This document shows, one piece after another, positions 1-9,163 of a DNA stretch of 64,000 nucleotides. The notes beneath the pieces are model-generated. The model did no database searches, was not told the origin of the DNA, and was given only the letters and a program-made list of their open reading frames with translations. Where the stretch lies: assembly GCA_944350265.1 (NCBI GenBank), contig CALVOG010000005.1:2891-66890 (forward strand), read 5' to 3'. Position numbers and translations under genes: made by a program. Numbering within the stretch: the stretch's first letter is position 1; the number at the start of each line of letters is the position of its first letter. This stretch comes from an uncultured Clostridia bacterium. GTDB lineage: Bacteria; Bacillota; Clostridia; Christensenellales; UBA1242.

Positions 1-1
1 A

Positions 2-739
2 GAAATTGAAACGCAAACTCAAACAATTTCTGGAAACTTATACTTTTCTAGTTATGAACACTTTACAAATTTTGTTGAATTTGTGGGAAACATAAATACA
101 ACAACGCCTTTAAAACTATATTATTCGACTGAAGGAATAAGTTTTGATTATTCACTAGAAAGTGAATGGTATAAATTAGTTTTAATAAATGAGATAGACA
201 AAAGCGAAATTGACTATAAAACAGGCTTTTTGAAGTGCAAAGTAAAGTTTATGTGCTTATCAAGATGGAAGAAAGACAAAAAGATCGTTTTAGAATTAAA
301 TAGATATGGCGAACCATTAATCTATCCTTATTATTATCCATATTTTTATGGCGGTAGCAACAATCTTGCGGTTGACATCGACAATGAAGGGAATTTGCCA
401 ACAAGTTGTGTGATTAAAATTGAAGCTGTGACCGATGCTCCATTTATAAGAGTTATTCAAGATGGAGAAATAAAAGACCAAGCAAAGTATAACTTAATTG
501 TAAATGAAAACAGCTATTTATTGATAGACAGTAGCCCAGATTCGCAGGAAGCAAGTCTATACACAAAAGTTGATGATAACTATGTTAAAGAAGATGTTTA
601 TTATATTGGCGAAAAAGACTATTCGTATTCAAATTTTATTACTATTCCATCTGGTAAATCTACAATTGTTTTTTCTGCTACAAATACTGACTTTGGAAAA
701 GTTACGATATCATATTCTATACAAAAGGAACTAGTGTAA
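2..739 (+). CDS. phage distal tail protein (Dit-like), 5' end outside the window
   Basis: The frame is open from position 2, with no stop before the GTG at 83 listed in the ORF track, so the gene begins left of the window. The translation has the YPYYYPYFYGG / IDNEGNLPT..IKIE pattern I associate with siphovirus distal tail proteins. Tightly packed same-strand structural genes follow it. Confidence 0.55.
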   Translation, partial: EIETQTQTISGNLYFSSYEHFTNFVEFVGNINTTTPLKLYYSTEGISFDYSLESEWYKLVLINEIDKSEIDYKTGFLKCKVKFMCLSRWKKDKKIVLELNRYGEPLIYPYYYPYFYGGSNNLAVDIDNEGNLPTSCVIKIEAVTDAPFIRVIQDGEIKDQAKYNLIVNENSYLLIDSSPDSQEASLYTKVDDNYVKEDVYYIGEKDYSYSNFITIPSGKSTIVFSATNTDFGKVTISYSIQKELV

Positions 740-740
740 G

Positions 741-1814
741 ATGGTTCATTATAGGATTTATGCGAGAAATAATCTCGAATATATAGATGGTGGAGTGGTA
801 AAGGATTATTCCATTGATTACGATATAATCTCAAACAACACAAGCACTGCATCAATAATAAATATTTCAAATGGTTTTAAGGGGGATATTATTGCTTTAA
901 TTGATGGCAGTTCGCTTGTAGAATTAGGCGTGATAACATCAATAGACAATACTGAAAAGAAAATTTCATTTAAGCATATGAAAGAACTTTTTAATGATAC
1001 AGTGATAAATGTTTTCAAGTTTACTGATTTACTAAATTGTAAATTCGATGGAGTGCAAGGTTTAAAAGTTATACTTAATTATGCTTTTATCAATATAGTA
1101 GATGTAAAGAAAAAATTGCCATTAGAGATAAGAACATTTGGAAGTGATACCAGTTGTGTCTATACAACTGATGAAGATACAATTAACATACTAGATTTTA
1201 TAGACTGGTTGTTCAACACTTATAATATTTACCTTGATTTTTCAATTGATTTTGTTAACAACAAAATTGTGTGTACGATCATAAAAAATTCAACAGAAGG
1301 ATATGTGATAAAAGACAACATTAAGTTGTCAAAACCTGAATTTGACAATAATGATATGCCAACCTATAACAAGGTTGTTTTTTTTAATTCAGAGTCTGGT
1401 GTTGAAGAAGGAACATATTATTTGCTGTCAAACAATGAAGTAAGTTCTGATTTAAACGATGAAAAGAGAATTTTGCCAACACAAACAAAATTTGTTTCTT
1501 GGGATGAAACAGAAGCTATTAAAGAAGGTTATACAATGCAAGAAAAAGCAGAAAGTGAATTATGTGGCAACATTTACAATCATTGCATTTTATACAAATT
1601 GGCAAAGAAACAAACAATGATAAATTGCAAAAATTTCAACTACGGAGATAAGGTTACAATTGTTTATAAAGACAGAGAATATGAATCCATCTTCACAGGA
1701 CTTAAATACACAATGTATGATCCATATTATACTTGTGTTTTTGGAAAAACAAGAATTGATTTTACTGATAGAATGAAAATTTATAACGATAAAAGATATA
1801 GGAGAAAGACATAA
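741..1814 (+). CDS. phage tail/baseplate structural protein (in the position of a Tal-like protein)
   Basis: The ATG lies 2 nt after the upstream stop. The gene sits directly after the Dit-like gene and is AT-rich like its phage neighbours. No catalytic motif was recognised by eye. Confidence 0.45.
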   Translation: MVHYRIYARNNLEYIDGGVVKDYSIDYDIISNNTSTASIINISNGFKGDIIALIDGSSLVELGVITSIDNTEKKISFKHMKELFNDTVINVFKFTDLLNCKFDGVQGLKVILNYAFINIVDVKKKLPLEIRTFGSDTSCVYTTDEDTINILDFIDWLFNTYNIYLDFSIDFVNNKIVCTIIKNSTEGYVIKDNIKLSKPEFDNNDMPTYNKVVFFNSESGVEEGTYYLLSNNEVSSDLNDEKRILPTQTKFVSWDETEAIKEGYTMQEKAESELCGNIYNHCILYKLAKKQTMINCKNFNYGDKVTIVYKDREYESIFTGLKYTMYDPYYTCVFGKTRIDFTDRMKIYNDKRYRRKT

Positions 1815-2494
1815 TGGGTTACATTTTGAAAGGAATAGGCGATAAAGTCACTGGCAAAAACGAAATAGTGCCGACTTTTGATGCAAAAATATATAACTTT
1901 TGTGCGCAAAGTGTTCCAGGAGTTATAGCAAGTGAAAAGAATAAATTTCCTATTTCATTGATTGATAGAGGCATTATTATAGGCCCAGGACTAGCACAAG
2001 CATTTGGTTATTTTGGTGTCAGTGATGCATCAGTTCAATTTAATTTCATTATTCCATCAGGACAAACTCAATACGCAAAGGTTTATGCAGAATTCGATTT
2101 GTCTGCAAGGCCACAATCATTTTCAATCAAAGTAACACCACAAAGCAACACAAATATCATCGAACTTACGCAAGATGATTTGTCTGAAATACCGGCAGGG
2201 GTTTATCAATTGCCACTATATCTCATAACATTACAAACAAATGGAACAATTTCATTTACTGACATACGAGAACTTTTAGAAAGAATATCATATTCAAAAC
2301 ACAGTCTAGAGTCAGACCATACGTTAGAATCAGACCACTCTCTACAAGCAGATAATGCCACATTAGCGCAAAGAATTGTTTATACGACAACATTACCATC
2401 AAGCAGCCCACCGGCAGGAACTCTTATAATTTACAATGGTACCAGTGTTCCAACAACTAGGTATGATAGAGTTTTATACCTTATAAGTGTCTGA
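1814..2494 (+). CDS. phage structural protein of unknown function
   Basis: Its start overlaps the upstream stop (ATAATG), indicating phage-style packing. It contains an in-frame hexapeptide repeat HSLESD/HTLESD/HSLQAD at 2300-2353. Confidence 0.45.
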   Translation: MGYILKGIGDKVTGKNEIVPTFDAKIYNFCAQSVPGVIASEKNKFPISLIDRGIIIGPGLAQAFGYFGVSDASVQFNFIIPSGQTQYAKVYAEFDLSARPQSFSIKVTPQSNTNIIELTQDDLSEIPAGVYQLPLYLITLQTNGTISFTDIRELLERISYSKHSLESDHTLESDHSLQADNATLAQRIVYTTTLPSSSPPAGTLIIYNGTSVPTTRYDRVLYLISV

Positions 2495-3164
2495 GGTAGA
2501 TATGCCTTTATATTTAGGAAGCAAGCAACTATCAAGAAACTTTATTGGTTCTTCTCCAATAAGGGAAATTTATTTCGGCAACAAAATAATAATGGGCTTT
2601 GTTGACGCAAGTTATTCTGCTGATGAAATGGTAGGAACACCGATTGATAATTCAAGCGTTTACCCAGAAATTACAGGAACTGGTTCAAGGATAGTGGTGT
2701 CTACTAAGGATTATAATCCTGGGTATGGTTATACAAAATATTTTTGTGATTATATGGAATATACCATGATGTATTCAGGCGATATTTATGTCTTTGACAA
2801 AAATGGAAATGAACTTATAAGTGTTGTTTGCACTGATTCTTGGTCATTTGCCAAGAACGAGTGGACATTAACTTGTAAAGTGACAATGTTTGGTAAAGTT
2901 CTTATGGATGTAACGAATAAATCAACAAACATAGATTCTGCAAACTTAAATGGCAAAATTTATTACGATACATCAAGTAAACAGTGGGTTTTTGAAAGGA
3001 ATGGAAGTGTTGTGAAAAGTGATGTGGTAGAATGGCAACCGACGTATTTTCGATTAACGCCTAAAATCTGGTTTTTAATATCTACTGCATCCAGTATGTT
3101 TTTTGATGGCAATATAGCGATTACAAAAATGAATAAAGCGGTTGGTTATCCAAATGCGAAATGA
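2487..3164 (+). CDS. phage protein of unknown function (tail/baseplate module)
   Basis: It overlaps the previous gene by 8 nt, lies on the same strand, and shares the AT-rich composition. Confidence 0.4.
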   Translation: MSEVDMPLYLGSKQLSRNFIGSSPIREIYFGNKIIMGFVDASYSADEMVGTPIDNSSVYPEITGTGSRIVVSTKDYNPGYGYTKYFCDYMEYTMMYSGDIYVFDKNGNELISVVCTDSWSFAKNEWTLTCKVTMFGKVLMDVTNKSTNIDSANLNGKIYYDTSSKQWVFERNGSVVKSDVVEWQPTYFRLTPKIWFLISTASSMFFDGNIAITKMNKAVGYPNAK

Positions 3165-3175
3165 GGTGAGTATAA

Positions 3176-4636
3176 ATGCAAGGTTTAGAAATTACATTAA
3201 AAAGAAACAAACAATATGAAGCGGAAAATAGCGAAGAGTTTCTAGTTATTTCTGGCGAAAATAATGCAACTAGTATTCTTGTTCATTTCCCTGAAGAATA
3301 TTTGGATTATTCAAAGCGAGTGGATTTTAACAATGTTAGAGGCGAGAAGTGGACGATAGGGTTGTATACACCAGAAGATAAAACGATAGAGTATGGAGAT
3401 GAATTTGATAAATTAAATTTTGTATTTACATTGCCAACACAGGTCACTGTAAATGGAGAATTAAAAATTCAATTTATTGCCTATTTGTGCGATGGTAGTG
3501 AAACATTAGTGCCATTTAAAATGCTGAAACTAAAAGTTAACGAGGCTATTAATTATGCAAAGCAGTTAAGCGTGGAGAATCCAGATCTCATTGTTAAGGC
3601 TTACGAATATAGCAATCTAGCAATGGAATCTGCAAAGGCTGCAGAAAATAGTGCAAGTGAGTCTGCGGCAAGTGCTTTATCTGCACAACAAGATGCTACA
3701 AAAGCAGAACAATATGCTAAAACATGCGAAACAAAGGCTAACGAGGCTGCCTCATCTGCACAATCAAGTTTGGAACTAGTGGAAGAATCATCAGAACTAA
3801 CAAGTCAAGCACAAGCATCGGCTTCACAGGCTCAACAATCTGCCGAGCAAGCTCAACAATCAGCAAGTGAAGCAGCACAAGATGCAGAAACTGCGAATAA
3901 CAATTCTCAAACAGCATTAACCAATTCAAATGATGCTGTGAACACCTCAAATAAAGCACTTGAAATAGTGGATAATTTGACAGTATCGAAAGAGATAGTA
4001 GATTGTGAGCAAGATCCAAATGTTATAATTGAAACCGACAATACAACAAAGCATAAAAACTTAAAATTTACTTTGCCAGAACCTAAGAAGGGTACTTCAT
4101 ATAGAAATCGTGGCGCTTGGGAATCTTCTATTCAATACTTAAATAATGCATATTATATTGATACTGTTAGCAAGTATGGTTGTACTTACTATTGTAAGGT
4201 TACTAATTCAAACATAAGTCCTTCGGATGGGGTAGATAATGAATATTGGGGAATTTTGGCTCTTAAAGGCAATGATGGTGGTATCACAATTATAGATAAT
4301 CTAGATTCTGATCATTCAGATTATGTATTATCTGCTAAACAAGGCAATGTGTTAAAAAATAAAATAGAAGAATCTAAGCAACAAATTTTAGGGAATGTGG
4401 AAACGCAATTGAATACATTAGAAAAAGTTGCTAATTCAATTAATAACGATAGTAATGTTTATCAAACAATATTAAATGCAATACAAAATGTAAAAGAAGA
4501 AATAATATTGCAAATTAATAGCGTTGAAAGCGACCTAAATTCTGATATAAATAATTTACAAAATCAAATTAATCAAATGCTTAATGGAACAACAGTATTT
4601 ACATTACTAAAAGCAAATTCTATAGATGTTATATAA
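3176..4636 (+). CDS. phage tail fibre-like protein
   Basis: The 486-aa product has a long Ala/Gln/Ser/Glu-rich coiled-coil-like segment (SAKAAENSASESAASALSAQQDATKAEQ...). It also has a C-terminal heptad-like region. It is the last large structural gene before the lysis-type genes. Confidence 0.55.
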   Translation: MQGLEITLKRNKQYEAENSEEFLVISGENNATSILVHFPEEYLDYSKRVDFNNVRGEKWTIGLYTPEDKTIEYGDEFDKLNFVFTLPTQVTVNGELKIQFIAYLCDGSETLVPFKMLKLKVNEAINYAKQLSVENPDLIVKAYEYSNLAMESAKAAENSASESAASALSAQQDATKAEQYAKTCETKANEAASSAQSSLELVEESSELTSQAQASASQAQQSAEQAQQSASEAAQDAETANNNSQTALTNSNDAVNTSNKALEIVDNLTVSKEIVDCEQDPNVIIETDNTTKHKNLKFTLPEPKKGTSYRNRGAWESSIQYLNNAYYIDTVSKYGCTYYCKVTNSNISPSDGVDNEYWGILALKGNDGGITIIDNLDSDHSDYVLSAKQGNVLKNKIEESKQQILGNVETQLNTLEKVANSINNDSNVYQTILNAIQNVKEEIILQINSVESDLNSDINNLQNQINQMLNGTTVFTLLKANSIDVI

Positions 4637-4646
4637 AGGAGATAAA

Positions 4647-4949
4647 ATGATTTCAGTAGTTTTGAGTGCAGTTGCGAGTGTGCTTTCTGGACTCATTCTT
4701 TATTTTCTTCAACGTTATTTTAAAAAGAAAGAAAAAATAGAAGAGGAAAGGGAAAAGCAACATCATAAAAAAGATGCCTTAATTATTAAAAGTATAGAAG
4801 CGGTTGGGAAACTTACAGAAGCGAATTCAATTGCATTAAGAGATGGGAAAACGAATGGAGAAATGCATGAAGCATTAAATAATTATAAAAATGTCGAGCA
4901 GGAAATGCTCGATTTTTTAATTGAAAAATCAATAGATAAAGGAGAATAA
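4647..4949 (+). CDS. phage small membrane protein (lysis-cassette associated, XhlA/holin-accessory-like)
   Basis: AAGGAG at 4637-4642 lies upstream of the ATG at 4647, so the track start at 4626 is probably too early. The product has a single N-terminal hydrophobic helix (VVLSAVASVLSGLILYFL) followed by a charged coiled region. Confidence 0.4.
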   Translation: MISVVLSAVASVLSGLILYFLQRYFKKKEKIEEEREKQHHKKDALIIKSIEAVGKLTEANSIALRDGKTNGEMHEALNNYKNVEQEMLDFLIEKSIDKGE

Positions 4950-4951
4950 CA

Positions 4952-5269
4952 ATGATAGAGATTATTTGTGTACCAGTGATAGTAGCACTTGTTTTTGTAA
5001 TTATGGAAATTTATAAAAAATTTATTGCAAAAGAAAATAAAATTCTAATTGCAATTATACCTATTATAGGTGCAGTGCTAGGAATAGTTTTTGGTATAGT
5101 TTGCTTTTACGCAATTCCGAGTATTATTCCTGCAACTAATGTATTAACTGCCATTTTGATTGGAGGTGCTAGTGGTTTGTCTGCGACTGGATGTAATCAA
5201 ATATTTAAACAATTGAAAAAATATGGTATTGAAATAAAAGAAATTAATGAGGAATCAAAAGATGAGTAA
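4952..5269 (+). CDS. phage holin
   Basis: The 105-aa product has three hydrophobic spans and a charged C-terminal tail. It has a GGASGLSATG..QIFKQLKK motif like small Firmicute phage holins. It sits after the tail fibre gene. Confidence 0.6.
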   Translation: MIEIICVPVIVALVFVIMEIYKKFIAKENKILIAIIPIIGAVLGIVFGIVCFYAIPSIIPATNVLTAILIGGASGLSATGCNQIFKQLKKYGIEIKEINEESKDE

Positions 5270-5402
5270 TATTGATTATTTATTTTGTAAAGGTGTAATT
5301 GATTTACTTTTAAGTAAAAATTTAATAACAATTAAAGAACATAAAGAAATTGATGCACTAAATAAAAAGAAATTAAGATGTCTAAAAAGTCTTATTTTTT
5401 AA
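5262..5402 (+). CDS. small ORF (46 aa) of unknown function
   Basis: The ATG at 5262 overlaps the holin stop (gATGAGTAAt). It reads MSNIDYLFCKGVIDLLLSKNLITIKEHKEIDALNKKKLRCLKSLIF and is below the ORF-track size cutoff. No homology was recognised. Confidence 0.25.
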   Translation: MSNIDYLFCKGVIDLLLSKNLITIKEHKEIDALNKKKLRCLKSLIF

Positions 5403-5464
5403 AAATTTCGCTGGACTTTGATAAAGGTATGCGGTATTGTTTGTGATGACTAAGGGAGGTACAA

Positions 5465-6925
5465 ATGGCAGTTAAAGTAATAGAAAAAAAGCAAGAAGAA
5501 ATACCATGTTGTGCTTATGTAAGAGTTAGCACAAAGAAAGATGAGCAGGAGCATAGTATGCTTTTACAAGAATCATATTGGTTAGAAAAACTTAAAAACA
5601 CACCAAACAGAAAATTTTGTGGAATTTATGTTGATCAAGGCATAAGTGGATACAAAGTTATTCAAAGAAAAGAATATTGTAAAATGATAGAGTTTGCTCT
5701 CGCAGGATTTATCAAAGAGATTTATACAAAAAGCATTTATAGATTTGGTAGGAACACTTACGAGGCTCTTGAAACAATACAAAAGTTACGAGAGGCAGGT
5801 GTCGCTGTAATCTTCGAGACAGAAGAGATAAATACATTGACTTGTTCCAGTGATTTATTATTAAAATTAAAGTCAATATTTGCAGAGCAAGAATTGAAGA
5901 ATATGAGCAAGAATGTATTATTTAATATAAAAGACAGATTTCAAAAAGGCATTGTTCCAATATTCCATGTTTACGGTTATGATTTAGATGAAAATAAGAA
6001 ATTCAAGATCAATCAAGAACAAGCAAAGGTTGTACAATTTATTTTCACATTTTATTTAAAGGGATATGGTTTTGATGGAATATCAAAAGAATTGAACAAA
6101 TTAAAAATTCAATCACCTAAGGGAACAATGTGGAGAGGTGCCACAGTTCAAAAGATATTGACTAATCCGATTTACATTGGCAATGTGCTGTTACAAAAAA
6201 GCATAACTGTTGATGGGAAAGCAAAACCTAATAATGGTGAAGCAACAAAATATTTAGTAGAAAACAACCATGAACCTATCATAGACAAGGAAACATTTGA
6301 ACATGTTCAAGAAGAAATTTCAAAGCGTAGCAAGGGGAAAGCAAACCATAGTCGCACATATTCATTAAGTAAGAAAATAATTTGCGGAAATTGTGGGAAG
6401 ACCTATAGTCATGTGATAAATAGTAAAATAGTAAATTTTAATAATGAATTATGGGCATGTTCGTTAAAAAATAGATTTAATAAGAGTTATTGCTTATCAA
6501 ATAATATCAGTGATACTTTAATAAAAGAAATTATTGTTGATGCTTACAATGAGTACATTGATTTGCCTTATGAGATAAAAACAGAGGATGAATTACAGAA
6601 TAGGAATAAGGATATTTCTATGGTACTAGAAACATTGAAGAGATATTATTTAGATAAGTTGATAACTTATGAACTATACCAAGTAGAAACTCAAAAATTA
6701 AAAAATGAACAATACGAAATTGTTGACAAATTAAGAGATAATAAAATTATGAGTCTATACAAAAAACCAACAAAAAAAGTCTCTGCATTCTCTGATGAAA
6801 TAGTATTAAATCATATAGACCATATAGAAATAGATGGCTACAAAGTTAAAATTATATTTAAAAATTCACAAGAAGTAGTTAAGGAGTTTAAATATGAACA
6901 TAGAAAATACTGCAAGAACTATTAA
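5465..6925 (+). CDS. large serine recombinase (phage integrase type)
   Basis: AGGGAGG lies upstream of the ATG. The N-terminal resolvase motif is CAYVRVSTKKDEQEHS..Q. It has a DQGISGY..R motif, a recombinase domain and a Cys-rich zinc-ribbon region (CGNCGKTY..C..C). Confidence 0.85.
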   Translation: MAVKVIEKKQEEIPCCAYVRVSTKKDEQEHSMLLQESYWLEKLKNTPNRKFCGIYVDQGISGYKVIQRKEYCKMIEFALAGFIKEIYTKSIYRFGRNTYEALETIQKLREAGVAVIFETEEINTLTCSSDLLLKLKSIFAEQELKNMSKNVLFNIKDRFQKGIVPIFHVYGYDLDENKKFKINQEQAKVVQFIFTFYLKGYGFDGISKELNKLKIQSPKGTMWRGATVQKILTNPIYIGNVLLQKSITVDGKAKPNNGEATKYLVENNHEPIIDKETFEHVQEEISKRSKGKANHSRTYSLSKKIICGNCGKTYSHVINSKIVNFNNELWACSLKNRFNKSYCLSNNISDTLIKEIIVDAYNEYIDLPYEIKTEDELQNRNKDISMVLETLKRYYLDKLITYELYQVETQKLKNEQYEIVDKLRDNKIMSLYKKPTKKVSAFSDEIVLNHIDHIEIDGYKVKIIFKNSQEVVKEFKYEHRKYCKNY

Positions 6926-8477
6926 AATAATACCTGTCCAGCAAGCAAAATCGGATAAAATTCGAACAGCAATTAAAGAAAAAGTATGTGCCTATGCGAG
7001 AGTTAGTACTGATAACGAAGATCAACTAAATAGTTATGAAACTCAATGTAAATATTATAATGAAAAATTAAGCAAAGATCCAAATATTATTTATGTTGGA
7101 TTATATGCAGACCCTGGGCGAACTGGAACTAAAATGAGAATAAGAAAAGATTTTCTACGAATGATAGAAGATTGTAGAGCTGGAAAAATAACCAGGATTA
7201 TAACAAAATCTGTTCAAAGATTTGCTAGGAATACTGTTGAATGTTTAAATATAGCGAGAGAATTAAGCAATAGAGGGATAACAATATATTTTGAAACTAA
7301 TGGTATAGATACAGCAGATCCTGGCTCATGGCTGATATTAAGTATTATGGCGTCTATTGCTGAAGAAGAAAGTAGAACAATTTCGCATAATGTTAGTTGG
7401 GCTTATCAAAAAAAGTTTCAAAAAGGTGAATATGCTGGTGGCCAAATTTATGGATATAAAATAGAAAAGAATAAATTTGAAATTGTGCAAGATCAAGCAT
7501 TGGTTGTAAAACGAATTTTTAATGAATTTATGCAGGGGAAAACATTACGTGCTATACAGATTGGGCTTGAGGCAGATGGTATTTTAAGTCCTGGCGGAAA
7601 ACAAAAATGGCTTCATTCTACAATAAAATCAATTCTTCAAAATGAAAAGTATAAAGGCGATTTGATACTTCAAAAGACATATAAAGTTGATGTGCTATGT
7701 GACAGAAAAGCTAATAATGGAGAAAAACCTAAATATTTAGTTTCCAACAATCATTTACCAATTATAGAAAGGTCATTGTTTGATGCCGTTCAGGTTGAAT
7801 TAAAAAACAGATTTAAAAGGAAAACTGAAGAAATTGGGTTGGGTAATTTTACATGCGAGTATGCTTTTAGCACTATAGTAGAATGTGGAGAATGTGGTCA
7901 TAAATTTAGAAGGCATAGTCAGTGGAGTTTAGACCATAGCAAGAAAGTTCCAATTTGGGTATGCACTAAACATCAAAAGGAACACGATAAATGTTCAATG
8001 AAACCAATTAAGGAAGAGTGCTTGGAACAAGGATTTTTAAAGGCAATAAACAAGATTGTAGATAACAAGGAAGAGTTGTTGAATATGATAGTAAATAATG
8101 CTAGAGAAGTTATAGACCAACCTAATGTTTATACAATCAATGATTTAACAGAAAATCTATCACAAAAGCAAGAGGAGTTAGTTGTATTAAGTCAAAAGTA
8201 TTCTATAAGGCCTACTGAGGAGCAACAGAATCAGGTTTCTAATTTAATAGAAGAAATACGGAGTATCCAAGAACAAATGGAAATAATAAGACAAAAGAAC
8301 AATTCCATATGTATACTTGATTATAGACTTAATGAAATAAAGACAGTTCTAAAAGGGGTTTATAATACCTTCCATAAAGATATATGCAAAGCTTTACTTG
8401 AAAAAGTTGTAATTAAAGACAAGCATAGTGCAACATACGTATTTAAATGTGGCATAGCAATAGAACAAGAAATTTAA
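6894..8477 (+). CDS. large serine recombinase (second, overlapping copy)
   Basis: The catalytic motif is AYARVSTDNEDQLNSYETQ. It has ADPGRTGT, SVQRFARNT and zinc ribbon CGECGHKF...C motifs plus a C-terminal coiled coil. It overlaps the previous recombinase by 32 nt. Confidence 0.85.
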   Translation: MNIENTARTIKIIPVQQAKSDKIRTAIKEKVCAYARVSTDNEDQLNSYETQCKYYNEKLSKDPNIIYVGLYADPGRTGTKMRIRKDFLRMIEDCRAGKITRIITKSVQRFARNTVECLNIARELSNRGITIYFETNGIDTADPGSWLILSIMASIAEEESRTISHNVSWAYQKKFQKGEYAGGQIYGYKIEKNKFEIVQDQALVVKRIFNEFMQGKTLRAIQIGLEADGILSPGGKQKWLHSTIKSILQNEKYKGDLILQKTYKVDVLCDRKANNGEKPKYLVSNNHLPIIERSLFDAVQVELKNRFKRKTEEIGLGNFTCEYAFSTIVECGECGHKFRRHSQWSLDHSKKVPIWVCTKHQKEHDKCSMKPIKEECLEQGFLKAINKIVDNKEELLNMIVNNAREVIDQPNVYTINDLTENLSQKQEELVVLSQKYSIRPTEEQQNQVSNLIEEIRSIQEQMEIIRQKNNSICILDYRLNEIKTVLKGVYNTFHKDICKALLEKVVIKDKHSATYVFKCGIAIEQEI

Positions 8478-8510
8478 CCCATTAGGACTAATCCTAATGG
8501 GTAGTTTTTT
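8478..8510 (+). terminator. intrinsic terminator after the recombinase pair
   Basis: A perfect 10-bp stem CCCATTAGGA/TCCTAATGGG with loop CTAA is followed by a T6 run at 8505-8510. Confidence 0.75.
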
Positions 8511-8648
8511 ATTTTGATTTAAAAAAATTATGTGGTATAACATGTATAGCATACCTTAAATTGATTTATTATTGTTGATTTGATATTCAAAAGAAATCAA
8601 AAATTAATCAAAGTTTACAAAGAAATCAAACATAGTAAATACAAAAAA

Positions 8649-8677
8649 ATAAGACGCTTTGAAAGAAGTCTTATTTT
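8649..8677. terminator. bidirectional hairpin terminator
   Basis: The stem ATAAGAC/GTCTTAT is flanked by an A-run on the left and a T-run on the right. It lies downstream of tRNA-Leu and of the leftward NrdR-box promoter on the minus strand. Confidence 0.55.
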
Positions 8678-8690
8678 AAATGTTATGCAA

Positions 8691-8737
8691 ACACAATATA
8701 CAGGAAAGTTTATTAACCTCAACACAATATATAGTGC
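8691..8737 (-). promoter_or_regulatory. pair of NrdR boxes overlapping a leftward promoter
   Basis: ACACAATATACAGGAA (8691-8706) and ACACAATATATAGTGC (8722-8737) start 31 bp apart. The second matches the acaCwAtATaTwGtgt consensus at 15 of 16 positions by hand count. On the minus strand, TTGAGG (8717-8722), a 16-nt spacer and TATATT (8695-8700) overlap them. Confidence 0.6.
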
Positions 8738-8778
8738 TTTTTAGTCTTTTTGAAAAAAGACATTTTGGATAGGTGATT

Positions 8779-8864
8779 TGGTGCTGGTGGTGGGGGTCGA
8801 ACCCACATGAAGTTGCCTTCGCGGGATTTTGAGTCCCGTGCGTCTGCCATTCCGCCACACCAGC
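8779..8864 (-). tRNA. tRNA-Leu (anticodon CAA), CCA encoded
   Basis: The reverse complement reads GCTGGTG-TG-GCGGAATGGCAGACGC-A-CGGGA-CTCAAAA-TCCCG-long variable arm-GTGGG-TTCGACC-CCCAC-CACCAGC-A-CCA. This gives a class II cloverleaf with anticodon CAA and discriminator A. Confidence 0.9.
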
Positions 8865-9163
8865 ACATCTACCTCTTATTTAATTTATTAAATTTGCCAA
8901 TCCATTATTTTATTTAATTTTACTCAGCACTGCTCGAAACTTTATCAAAATTAAGGCAATTTAATAAAACACGTTAATCTTATCACATTTTTAATGTTTT
9001 TGCAAGTATTTTTCGATATTTTTTACCTAAAAACTTCTAATTTTCAAAAATTATCAATCACGTTAAAAAAAGACGAAGAATTTTTCTACTTCCATTTAGG
9101 ATGTTTGGACATATTCTTAGGCTAATGCGAAGGGAATTTTTTTTGAAATTTGTGCGAAATAAC

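Larger units (their letters stand above)
1..8520. mobile_element. right arm of a siphovirus-type prophage (left end outside the window)
   Basis: It is a contiguous same-strand block of tail, lysis-type and recombinase genes that is visibly more AT-rich than the rest of the window. It ends with a terminator at 8478-8510, just before host tRNA-Leu and recJ. Confidence 0.8.

Noticed and set aside
2300-2353. An 18-nt x 3 in-frame repeat (HSLESD/HTLESD/HSLQAD) in a phage structural gene.
   Set aside because: The repeat is real, but it is an ordinary short peptide repeat inside a tail-module protein. Nothing suggests a function beyond the CDS already annotated.
8676-8858. A 60-codon minus-strand ORF from the ORF track.
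   Set aside because: It overlaps tRNA-Leu(CAA) and the NrdR-box region. The tRNA cloverleaf explains the sequence, and there is no RBS.
8779-8864. tRNA-Leu as the prophage attachment site.
   Set aside because: The integrases here are serine recombinases, which do not typically target tRNA 3' ends. The tRNA is intact and about 270 bp from the last phage gene. The left junction needed to define the att sites is outside the window.
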